A stretch of 64,000 nt of DNA from Thiomonas sp. GTDB taxonomy: Bacteria > Pseudomonadota > Gammaproteobacteria > Burkholderiales > Burkholderiaceae_C. The translations under genes were made by a program, and so were the position numbers. Each line of letters begins with the position of its first letter. The stretch's first letter is position 1. Location of the stretch: assembly GCA_027311065.1 (NCBI GenBank), contig DAICZP010000091.1:155-64154 (forward strand). Reading direction: 5' to 3'. This document shows, one piece after another, positions 33,933 to 41,772 of the stretch. Under the pieces are notes generated by a model. The model was not told the DNA's origin and made no database searches. It saw nothing but the letters and a program-made list of their open reading frames with translations.

Positions 33933-35291
33933 ATGAGCATGCAAGAGCCTCGACACGCAGAGCATATATCCACCGACCGCACTCCTGCTCGGTACGTTCC
34001 CTCCCAACCTAATGCCGGCCTGTACCGACGAGTGTGGTGGCACGTGATGCCGTGGTTGCTGCTGACCTACATCGTCAACTACATCGATCGGTCGAACGTG
34101 GGCTTCGCAAAACTGGGGTTCATGCATTCCCTCGGTTTCGACAGCACGGTATTTGGCATCGGAGCCGGAGTGTTCTATGCCGGCTACATGATGTTCGAGA
34201 TTCCGAGCAATCTAATGCTCGCGCGAATCGGGGTGCGCAAGACCCTGCTGCGCATCATGGTGCTCTGGGCGGTGTGCTCGGGCCTCATGGCGATGATGCG
34301 GGGCCCGACGACGTACTACCTGGCACGCTTTCTTTTGGGCGCTTCCGAGGCGGGGCTGTTCCCAGGCATTTTGCTATATCTGACGTATTGGGTTCCCGTC
34401 AGCTACAGGACGCGCTTCACGGCCGTGTTCATGGCCGCGCTTCCGACCGCCGGCATCATCAGCGGCCCGATCTCGGGTGCGATCATGCATTCGATGGATG
34501 GCGCACTGGGCCTGCAGAACTGGCAATGGTTGTTCATCCTGGAAGGGCTTCCGGCATTGGTGCTCGGCGTGGTCGTCTATTACAAGCTGAGCGACTCGCC
34601 GGCCACCGCTCCGTGGCTGAGCGACGCCGAGCGCGCGCAGGTTGCCACGGACCTCGAGGCTGACCGTGCGCGTCTGGGCAGCCGTGGTCACCGTTATCCT
34701 TCGTTCGGCGCCGCGCTGCGTTCCCCGCGTTTCTACATGCTGGCCTTCATGGCGATTGCTTTGATCGCGGGTTCGGGCAACATTGGATTCTGGCTGCCAA
34801 CGATCATCAAGCAGGCAGGCATTCACGATGCCTGGACCATCGGGGTGTTGTCCATGATCCCCTTCGCAGTGGGGGTCACGGCCCAGCAGTTGGTCGCCTG
34901 GCATGCCGATCGCAAGAACGAGCGCCGCTGGCACGCCGCAGTGTGCGCAATTGTCGCCGCCTGCGGTTGGTTTCTGCTGCCGATTGTGGCGGGTAATACG
35001 ACGCTGGCGCTGATCGCCCTCGTGCTTACGGCTGCCGGCACTTTCGCGACGATGGGGCCCTTCTGGTCGCTCCCCGGTTTATATCTGAGCCCGAAGGCGG
35101 CAGCGGGAGGGATCGCCCTGATCACCACGGTGGCTGGCATCGGGGGCTTGATCAGTCCGGTGATCGTGGGGTGGTTGAAGGACGTGACCCATAGTCTTGC
35201 CGCTGGACAAATCTACCTGGGCGCTCTGATGTTGCTTGGAGGTGTGACGGTGTTGGCCATGGGCAGGCCTGAATCCACTGACCGCCATTGA
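33933..35291 (+). CDS. MFS transporter, anion:cation symporter family
   Basis: YIDRSN, FEIPSN, GASEAGLFPG and WQWLFILEGLP. Start taken at ATG 33933. Confidence 0.9.
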   Translation: MSMQEPRHAEHISTDRTPARYVPSQPNAGLYRRVWWHVMPWLLLTYIVNYIDRSNVGFAKLGFMHSLGFDSTVFGIGAGVFYAGYMMFEIPSNLMLARIGVRKTLLRIMVLWAVCSGLMAMMRGPTTYYLARFLLGASEAGLFPGILLYLTYWVPVSYRTRFTAVFMAALPTAGIISGPISGAIMHSMDGALGLQNWQWLFILEGLPALVLGVVVYYKLSDSPATAPWLSDAERAQVATDLEADRARLGSRGHRYPSFGAALRSPRFYMLAFMAIALIAGSGNIGFWLPTIIKQAGIHDAWTIGVLSMIPFAVGVTAQQLVAWHADRKNERRWHAAVCAIVAACGWFLLPIVAGNTTLALIALVLTAAGTFATMGPFWSLPGLYLSPKAAAGGIALITTVAGIGGLISPVIVGWLKDVTHSLAAGQIYLGALMLLGGVTVLAMGRPESTDRH

Positions 35292-35798
35292 AGGCAGGGC
35301 GTCGCAATCGACGCCCGCTACATGGCGAACCTTGAGACTCTTCCTGGCTGAGCTGGTGTAGCCGCTGCCACTTCTCCAGGCAATGGTGGTCTTGGCTGAA
35401 AAGGCGAGTCGACCCTTGGATCACCTTTAGGGGTGCCACAGTCGTCCGAACGGCTGCATCCCCGGGTGCGTCATCAACTCCTCTTAGCCATTTGCAGGCT
35501 CTCCGTTGGCAATCAACGCGGCCCTGCGTAAAAGCCCGGGACTGGTTTCTGCTTCGGAGCGAGGACGCGGAACCATGCGGAACGTGGGGTGGGACAGCGT
35601 TCTACAAGGTTCTTTCCCTAGGGAGGGCCGAGACAGTCTTTAACTGCACCATCAGTTGAAATGCACCCGTAGCGTTTGCGCTGCGACTTTCAGGCCTGCA
35701 CTCGGCGGTGAGGGGCCGCGTGGCGACCAAGAGCGGTCCTTCTGAATCGAACGCCAACACGCTTGCAAGCGTCTAGTGTCCTGAGTTAGAAGTTCGTT

Positions 35799-36044
35799 TC
35801 ATGATTTCTTGCGCGGCTGCGAGCGTTCGAAGTAGTGCCTGAAGAGGCGCTCGGATTCGTGCAGTCCCTCCGCGGTCAGCACCAACGATTTGGTCTTGTT
35901 GACCGGATCGGCGATGAGTCCTCGCGCATGCAGGCGGCCAAGCGCATCCCAATCGTGGCCCTTCCAGGCCCGGTTTCCGTCATGCAGCGTGAGGTGCAGA
36001 AGGGCGAGCACGACCTCGTCGATGGCGTCGGTGTCGATGTCCAT
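35799..36044 (-). CDS. Small winged-helix-like protein, DUF6429-like, inside the IS630
   Basis: 81 aa MDIDTDAIDEVVLALLHLTLHDGNRAWKGHDWDALGRLHARGLIADPVNKTKSLVLTAEG..., with GGAG upstream. Family assigned from recall. Confidence 0.75.
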   Translation of the reverse strand: MDIDTDAIDEVVLALLHLTLHDGNRAWKGHDWDALGRLHARGLIADPVNKTKSLVLTAEGLHESERLFRHYFERSQPRKKS

Positions 36045-36048
36045 GGTC

Positions 36049-37134
36049 TCAGGACTCCACAGGCTGAACACGGTTGCAGAATCGCTCGATGCTGGCAAGG
36101 ATCGCGTCGGCGGACTTGCACCAGACAAAGGGCTTGGGCGCGGAGTTGTGGACATGCAGATACTCGCGGATGGCTTGTTCGAGTTGCAGCGTCGAGCGAT
36201 GGGTGGCACGGCGGATGCAACGCTCGGTCAGTGTGGCGAACCAGCGCTCGACTTGGTTGATCCAGGAGGCCGAGGTGGGCGTGAAGTGCACCTGAAAGCG
36301 CGGCCTGGCCGCGAGCCAGCGCCGGATGGTCGGCGTTTTGTGCGTGCCGTAGTTGTCCATCACCAAGTGGATGTCGAGTTCAGCCGGCACGTTGGCCTCG
36401 ATCGTGCGCAGGAATTTGAGAAACTCACTGCTGCGATGGCGACGATGGGTCTCTCCAATGACATGGCCGGTGGCAACGTCCAACGCCGCGAACAGCGTGG
36501 TCGTGCCGTGCCGGACATAATCGTGGGTGCGTCGCTCGGGCATCCCAGACGCCAACGGCAGCATCGGCTGGGTTCGATCCAGCGCCTGGATCTGGCTCTT
36601 CTCGTCCACGCACAGCACCATGGCCCTGCGCGGTGGGTCCAGGTACAGGCCGACGATGTCGCGCACCTTGTCGACGAACATCGGATCCGTCGACAGCTTG
36701 AACGTCTCCTGGCGATGGGGCTGCAAGCCGAAGGCATGCCAGATGCGCGAAATCGCCGTCTGCGACATGCCCATCGCATGGGCCATCGTGCGCGTGCTCC
36801 AGTGCGTGGCCCCGCTGGGCACGCTCTCCAGGGTTCGCGCGATCACCGCGTCCACTCGCGCATCATCGATGCTTCGCGGCGCCCCCGAGCGCGGCGCGTC
36901 CAGCAACCCTTGCATGCGTTGCGCCACGAAACGACCGCGCCATTTGCACACGGTCTGCTCGCTCACGCGCTGACGTGCGGCGACCACGCGACTGTCCTCG
37001 CCCTGCGCGCAGGCCAGCACGATGCGTGCCCGCAAAGCCAACGCCTGCGCCGTCTTGCGCCGCAGGGTCAGCGCTGCGAGTTCCTGGCGTTCCGCCTCGG
37101 TCAATACCAAGGGTGCCTTCGGTCTTCCGCTCAT
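36049..37134 (-). CDS. IS630-family transposase
   Basis: HTH domains and a DDE triad in [23 protein letters not shown] and [10 protein letters not shown]. Uninterrupted. Confidence 0.96.
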   Translation of the reverse strand: MSGRPKAPLVLTEAERQELAALTLRRKTAQALALRARIVLACAQGEDSRVVAARQRVSEQTVCKWRGRFVAQRMQGLLDAPRSGAPRSIDDARVDAVIARTLESVPSGATHWSTRTMAHAMGMSQTAISRIWHAFGLQPHRQETFKLSTDPMFVDKVRDIVGLYLDPPRRAMVLCVDEKSQIQALDRTQPMLPLASGMPERRTHDYVRHGTTTLFAALDVATGHVIGETHRRHRSSEFLKFLRTIEANVPAELDIHLVMDNYGTHKTPTIRRWLAARPRFQVHFTPTSASWINQVERWFATLTERCIRRATHRSTLQLEQAIREYLHVHNSAPKPFVWCKSADAILASIERFCNRVQPVES

Positions 37135-37215
37135 CTCAGCCTCACCGTGTGATCACGATACACGATGGTCTCTGAAAAGCGAAATTAGTTCAATGAACTT
37201 CTAACTCCGGACACT

Positions 37216-38031
37216 AGGGGCAAGCAGACTGAGGAATTATTTAGCGCAACATTGTGTTATCTCGAAGATCGCAGTGGATTCATGGTGACGCTGCGGAGCA
37301 GCGTATTTGGCGTTGAAATGCGCCGAGAATTCGCCGAAAGGCTCATCAAACAAGCCATCACGGCCATCGGCTTCGGTGCACGCAATCGCACACACGGCTG
37401 GCGCAATCAGCACGGGCAATGGCGCAATCCTGCGCTTGCCAAGATCATCAAGAACGAAGCGCAGCGCCGAGCGTTTTTGTCCTGCAGTTTGATCCGCGAA
37501 TTCATTCAGGAACAAAATTTTCTGGATCAATACCTTTACGACGCCGTGAAGGCCGAGTGGCCCGAATTGCTGCAAGACCCAGAGCTGCAGACGAATAGCG
37601 GCAAGAGCAGCAAGGCCAAGGTCCTGGCCTTCCTCTACCAGCATGCTGAAGCCCAGGTCATGCAGGTCGTACAGGACATTGCGGCAGCACATGGTCGAGA
37701 TGTGCTGGCTCGCGTGCATGACGCCATCTTCCTGCGTCAACGCCTCGGCACGGATCTTAAGCACGAGGTTGAACTGGCTATGCGGAAGGCGACTGCCAAT
37801 CCCTACTGGCACCTTACCGCCAAGCAGCTTCTTCGCTACCAGCGCTCTGCTGGCGTCGAGACGGCGGATGAGCGTGCGCATCGGCTGCACATGCAGCGTG
37901 AGGGCGTGTTGGCCCAGGGCTACGCGGCGTCTCGCGGCCGTTTCAGCACAGACAGCATGATCAGCTTTGACTCCGAGGTGTCCGTTCAACGGACAGCCCC
38001 CGAAGCAAGGTGTGGTCGTTCGCCAACATGA
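37216..38031 (+). pseudogene. 5'-truncated hypothetical gene with family-A polymerase-like motifs
   Basis: The frame is open from the IS630 junction with no convincing start. It contains RLIKQAITAIGFG, LYQHAEAQVM and VLARVHDAIF. Confidence 0.5.
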
Positions 38032-38075
38032 CCACTACCATTGGGCGTGAAATAATTCACGTTGTCGAGGAAAAA

Positions 38076-38423
38076 ATGAAGTCTGCCTACCTGCGTTTTT
38101 TGAGCCTCGCGAGGATGGCCAGCACCCTGCCTGGGCTGCCCGACCTTGATCCTGTGGAGGAACGGCTGCTGAACCAGTTTGCATCGTTTTGGGGACAGGA
38201 CCATCAGCCCAGCGTGCTAGAGGCGCTGGCCATTGATCAGGGCATTTCGCCACGCACGGTGCAGCGCCGCATCGACGGGCTGAAACGCAAGGGGCTGATC
38301 TGTTACGCCGCCGACCACAAGGATCAGCGCATCAAACGCATTGCGCCCACCAAGTTGGCCGAACAATATTTTTCCCGATACGATCAGCTGCTGACCTCAG
38401 CTGTTCAGAACTCGGGATCTTGA
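38076..38423 (+). CDS. MarR-like winged-helix DNA-binding protein
   Basis: GAGG RBS; ISPRTVQRRIDGLKRKGLI...DQRIKRIAPT fits an HTH plus wing. Confidence 0.75.
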   Translation: MKSAYLRFLSLARMASTLPGLPDLDPVEERLLNQFASFWGQDHQPSVLEALAIDQGISPRTVQRRIDGLKRKGLICYAADHKDQRIKRIAPTKLAEQYFSRYDQLLTSAVQNSGS

Positions 38424-38992
38424 CGCCTACTGCCACATCCATCTTCCGCCGCCCCACGATCAAGGACGCCGCAGCAGCCGCTATCACCGCACTGCTCTGG
38501 ATCGGAGCCTTCTATCTCAATGAGTCGGCGTTTCACTCGGCAGAGAAGACCGCCTTTGTCAGCCTGATCTTCCTACCTGCAGGCGTGCGCATCCTCGCGG
38601 TGCTCATGCTGGGGTGGCCAGCAGCAATCGGGCTGTTCCTGGGCTCGTTGGTGACGGCTGCACCAATCTGGCATCTGCCCGCAGCCATCATCCCTGCACT
38701 GATCTCAGCACTGGGACCTGCTGCCTCAGTGTTTGTGGGAACCCGCGCCCTGCGCTTGCGCGACGATCTCCAGGGAATCCGCGTCAGCCAGATGGCCCTG
38801 ATCGCTGTCGCCGACGGCCTCTCCAACGCCCTACCCAGCAATGTGTTTTTCTGGACACAACATCGCATTGCGACACCCTGGCAGGATGTGGCGCCCATGT
38901 TCGTCGGCGACTTCGTGGGCACCTTCGTGCTGCTCTACGTCGGCGCGATGACACTGCGGTTGCTAGCCAAAGTGCTCAGAAACAACCTGTAA
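38420..38992 (+). CDS. Stand-alone MASE1-like membrane sensor protein
   Basis: Several hydrophobic segments with IFLPAGVRILAVLMLGWPAAIGLFLGS and MFVGDFVGT. No output domain. TTGA overlap with the wHTH gene. Confidence 0.7.
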   Translation: MTPTATSIFRRPTIKDAAAAAITALLWIGAFYLNESAFHSAEKTAFVSLIFLPAGVRILAVLMLGWPAAIGLFLGSLVTAAPIWHLPAAIIPALISALGPAASVFVGTRALRLRDDLQGIRVSQMALIAVADGLSNALPSNVFFWTQHRIATPWQDVAPMFVGDFVGTFVLLYVGAMTLRLLAKVLRNNL

Positions 38993-39134
38993 CAATCATC
39001 CTACCGATCCACGCTTTCGGCTGTTGACGCAGATGCGGGCATCTTGCTATCCAATGCTGGCCGTTTTGGCTATGGTTGTCAGCTTGGCTACTGCAATCCT
39101 TCAACTGGATGATGTCTGCAATCGGGACGGAAAC

Positions 39135-39323
39135 ATGACACACAAACGCCTATGGCTTGCGCTGCTCGCAGCGGCTGCGCCGCTGGGCTTGGCCGCTTGC
39201 GGTGGCGGAGGCAGCTCCGCTACGGCTGCCGCCAGCTCTCCGACGGCCACTGCCTCTGCGGCTGCCACCGCAAACGCAGCTGCAACGACCATTGCTGGCG
39301 GAATGCTGCTCGCTAACCACTAA
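39135..39323 (+). CDS. Small Ala/Thr-rich lipoprotein (62 aa)
   Basis: Basic N-terminus, hydrophobic core, lipobox LAA-C22, followed by GGGGSS. Confidence 0.6.
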   Translation: MTHKRLWLALLAAAAPLGLAACGGGGSSATAAASSPTATASAAATANAAATTIAGGMLLANH

Positions 39324-39335
39324 TTGGAGAGATTC

Positions 39336-39872
39336 ATGCAAATCGTATTCCAGAAACTCGCGAAACCGCTGGCAGCCCTTGCTGTCGCCCTCGCATTTCC
39401 CGCCGCTAACGCACTGGCAGCCGCGCCCACTGGTCAATTCAGCTGTATGATTTCGAATAATACTTCTGGCCTGGATGCATATTATTCCCAAGCGAGCCAG
39501 AACACGACTGGCGTACATGTTGCTTCTTACATGTATTTGGATTTCTCAAGCAACACAGCTCAGGACGTTACCGCTGAAGTTGCAGGATACGGGACCACCA
39601 CCCCTTCCAACCGAGAGCCAGTTATTACCAATGGCACTCTCAGCGTTGCACCGTATACTGCAGCAGCCTCTGTTTCTCCTGCGACGACAACCACCGCCAA
39701 CGTGCCAGTCACCAATCTTTACACTGCGACCCTCACCTTCACAATCCAGGGAACCACATATAATTCGACTTTTCTGCTCAGTCCTGTGAATAGCGGGAAC
39801 ACTCTGATTGTGATGGCTGACCGAGGTCAAAACATTCTTGGTTTGGCCACAGGCGTTTGCAACAAATTGTGA
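39336..39872 (+). CDS. Secreted hypothetical protein (178 aa)
   Basis: GGAG RBS and a Sec signal peptide (..FPAANA-LA). Thr/Ser/Asn-rich mature part with only two Cys, near the two ends. Visibly lower GC than the flanks. Confidence 0.75.
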   Translation: MQIVFQKLAKPLAALAVALAFPAANALAAAPTGQFSCMISNNTSGLDAYYSQASQNTTGVHVASYMYLDFSSNTAQDVTAEVAGYGTTTPSNREPVITNGTLSVAPYTAAASVSPATTTTANVPVTNLYTATLTFTIQGTTYNSTFLLSPVNSGNTLIVMADRGQNILGLATGVCNKL

Positions 39873-39921
39873 AAACTTGATTAACGCCTCACGCGATCGT
39901 AGGCGCTGCCGCCACGACTAA

Positions 39922-40410
39922 CAGGCCGTTGAAGTACCTGGCGAGCGGACGAGTTCCCACCTCTGGAACAGCATGGCGATGCTCATCGAGAGCTCGGTTT
40001 TCGGGCAATCTCCCCAATTCCGATCCGAATCGAATCCTGGTGGGTGGTCGGGGTGGCGGTTTCCATGGTTTTCTCGCCCTCATCACGCCGACTGCGGACG
40101 CAATGCGGCCAGGCAGCGCAGCCGCGTGAGGTTGTAGGCCGCCATCGTCAGGGTCAACAACTGGTCGACCTTCTCCAGGCCCTGCACCATGACCTGGAGG
40201 ATCGGGCCGATCGTCTTGCCCCAGCCGAAGCACTGCTCGATCCGCTTTCGTTTGCGCTGGCTGACGACGTAGCCGGCGTGTCGCGTCGTGCGGCCATCGA
40301 TCGCGCTGCCTCCGGTGCGCTTGGTGTTCTACGCAACATGTGGCGTGACGTTCATCGTGCGGCACGCCTTGACGAAGCCGCGCGTTTCGTAGCCCTTGTC
40401 GGCGCCGAAC
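39922..40410 (-). mobile_element. IS5-family remnant (one end plus 3' part of the transposase pseudogene)
   Basis: GADKGYETRGFV...VTPHVA*N...SAIDGRTTRHAGY...RKRIEQCFGWGKT...MAAYNL has an in-frame TAG and ends at 40083. A candidate terminal repeat CAGGCCGTTGAAGTA follows CTAA at 39918-39921. Confidence 0.8.
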
Positions 40411-40617
40411 AAAGGCGCGCACCATGCGGCGCTCGTTTTCGTTGGCGTCGAATGCGTCGCGGGTCAGGCGCAGCCGGTAGCGCACCGTGTCGGCGTCATC
40501 CTCCAGGCTCACGAATGCCACGCGCGCCGGCTTGCAATCCAGTCCGGCCCACGGGGCGCCGATTGCCAGATGAAGGTTCCCGCTTTTCCCGCCGTCGCGG
40601 TCGCCTGGCGCGAACCG
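40411..40617 (-). pseudogene. Fragment of a RepA/AAA_25-type helicase
   Basis: GDRDGGKS (Walker A) followed by AIGAPWAG...RVAFVSLEDDADTVRYRL. No start, and fused to the IS5 remnant. Confidence 0.55.
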
Positions 40618-40917
40618 TCAGACTTCGGCTAGCGACGGCTGCTGCACAGGCTTGATTTTCGGCATCCGCAGCTTGCGGGCCTGCCAAAGCTCCCATTGGG
40701 TTTGCATCCCAATCCATACTTCCGGGCTGGTGCCCAGCCAGGCGGATAGGCGCAGCGCCATGGCCGCCGTAATCCCAGCCTTGGCATTCAGCACCTTGGA
40801 CAGCGTGACGCGGGAGACGTGCAGTTCCTCGGCCGCCTGCGTCACCGTCATGCCCTCGGGCAGCCATTCGCGCAGCACCTCGCCGGGGTGCGACGGGTTG
40901 TGCATCCTGCTACTCAT
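40618..40917 (-). CDS. higA: HigA-family antitoxin
   Basis: MHNPSHPGEVLRE...TVTQAAEELHVSRVTLS...ITAAMALRL...SPEVW. Confidence 0.93.
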   Translation of the reverse strand: MSSRMHNPSHPGEVLREWLPEGMTVTQAAEELHVSRVTLSKVLNAKAGITAAMALRLSAWLGTSPEVWIGMQTQWELWQARKLRMPKIKPVQQPSLAEV

Positions 40918-40926
40918 TTCGTTTCC

Positions 40927-41205
40927 TTAGTGGTAGTCCTGATAGTCCACGAGTTCGGCATCATCGCCCGTGAATCGAAAGGTCATGCGCCAATTTCCGC
41001 TGACCCACACGGACCAATGGTCCGCGAGGTCACCGCCCAAGCGATGCAGCCTCCACGCGGCAGTGTTCATGTCCTGCGGCCCTTTGGCGTTGTCCAGCAT
41101 CGCCAGCATCGTGCGCAGCCTGGCGGCGTGGTGGGGTTGAATGCCGCTTCGCGCGCCTGTGCGGAAGAATGCTTCAAGGCCCTTGTGGCGAAAGGTCCGA
41201 ATCAT
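40927..41205 (-). CDS. higB: HigB (RelE/ParE superfamily) toxin
   Basis: MIRTFRHKGLEAFF...WRLHRLGGDL...WSVWVSGNWRMTFRF...VDYQDYH. Toxin-first gene order. Confidence 0.93.
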   Translation of the reverse strand: MIRTFRHKGLEAFFRTGARSGIQPHHAARLRTMLAMLDNAKGPQDMNTAAWRLHRLGGDLADHWSVWVSGNWRMTFRFTGDDAELVDYQDYH

Positions 41206-41211
41206 GGCGTC

Positions 41212-41240
41212 ATTGTAGAGTGTAACGCAACACTTATCAA
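41212..41240 (-). promoter_or_regulatory. sigma70 promoter of higBA with a palindromic operator in the spacer
   Basis: TTGATA (41240-41235), 17 nt, TACAAT (41217-41212). AGTGT-N6-ACACT lies at 41219-41234. The -10 box ends 6 nt before the higB ATG. Confidence 0.7.
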
Positions 41241-41261
41241 TCTCCGGGAATGCAACTCAAG

Positions 41262-41578
41262 TCACAACCCGCAAGGCCGGCGCACCCCCGACGCGTCCAC
41301 GATCGCTGAAATGCGCACTCGGCCAACATCCGATTTCACGGCAGGCTTGCCCAGCGACTCGCGGGCGCGGCACTCGGCCAGATACGCGGCCCAGGCATCG
41401 GCCGTGGTCACGGCGCGGCGTGCTTCGTCCTGCTTGCGCTGGCGCTGTTCGCGGTCACGCGCAGGCCGAAGCCCGGTTGCTTGCCGTCCCAGTCGATGGC
41501 CTGCTGCTTGTCAGGCGGGCAGGTGAAGGCGGCGACGCGCCCCGCCGTGAAGTGGTCCCGCTGCTGCCGCTTGCCCAT
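41262..41578 (-). pseudogene. Tyrosine integrase remnant (arm-binding N-terminus only)
   Basis: GGAG and ATG at 41578; HFTAGRVAAFTCPPDKQQAIDWDGKQPGFGLRVT, then a frame change to ..TTADAWAAYLAE. No catalytic domain. Confidence 0.7.
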
Positions 41579-41590
41579 GCTCGGTCTCCA

Positions 41591-41610
41591 TGCAGGCACT
41601 GTGCAGGCAT
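41591..41610. repeat. TGCAGGCA direct repeat with 11-bp period upstream of the integrase remnant
   Basis: TGCAGGCACTG-TGCAGGCAT. Candidate arm sites by position and period. Confidence 0.45.
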
Positions 41611-41670
41611 CTCTTTTAGGCATGTTCGGGAACATTCGGGAATGCTTCATCAGCACGCATTCGCCTTATG

Positions 41671-41757
41671 TCCGAGCTGCTCGGCTGCCTCGGTCACCGA
41701 CAGACCCAGCGCGGGCAGCACTTCATCGCGCAGGGTGAGTCCCGGGTGGAGCGGGAT
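41671..41757 (-). pseudogene. Second HigA-like antitoxin fragment
   Basis: Hand translation gives IPLHPGLTLRDEVLPALGLSVTEAAEQLG, after which similarity is lost. Confidence 0.65.
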
Positions 41758-41772
41758 GAAAGCCCCAGCCAT

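Larger units (their letters stand above)
35776..37214 (-). mobile_element. Complete IS630-family element (1439 bp) with a passenger gene
   Basis: 20-bp terminal inverted repeats match 19/20 (GTGTCCTGAGTTAGAAGTTC at 35776-35795; GAACTTCTAACTCCGGACAC at 37195-37214). TA within CTAG flanks both ends. Confidence 0.93.
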
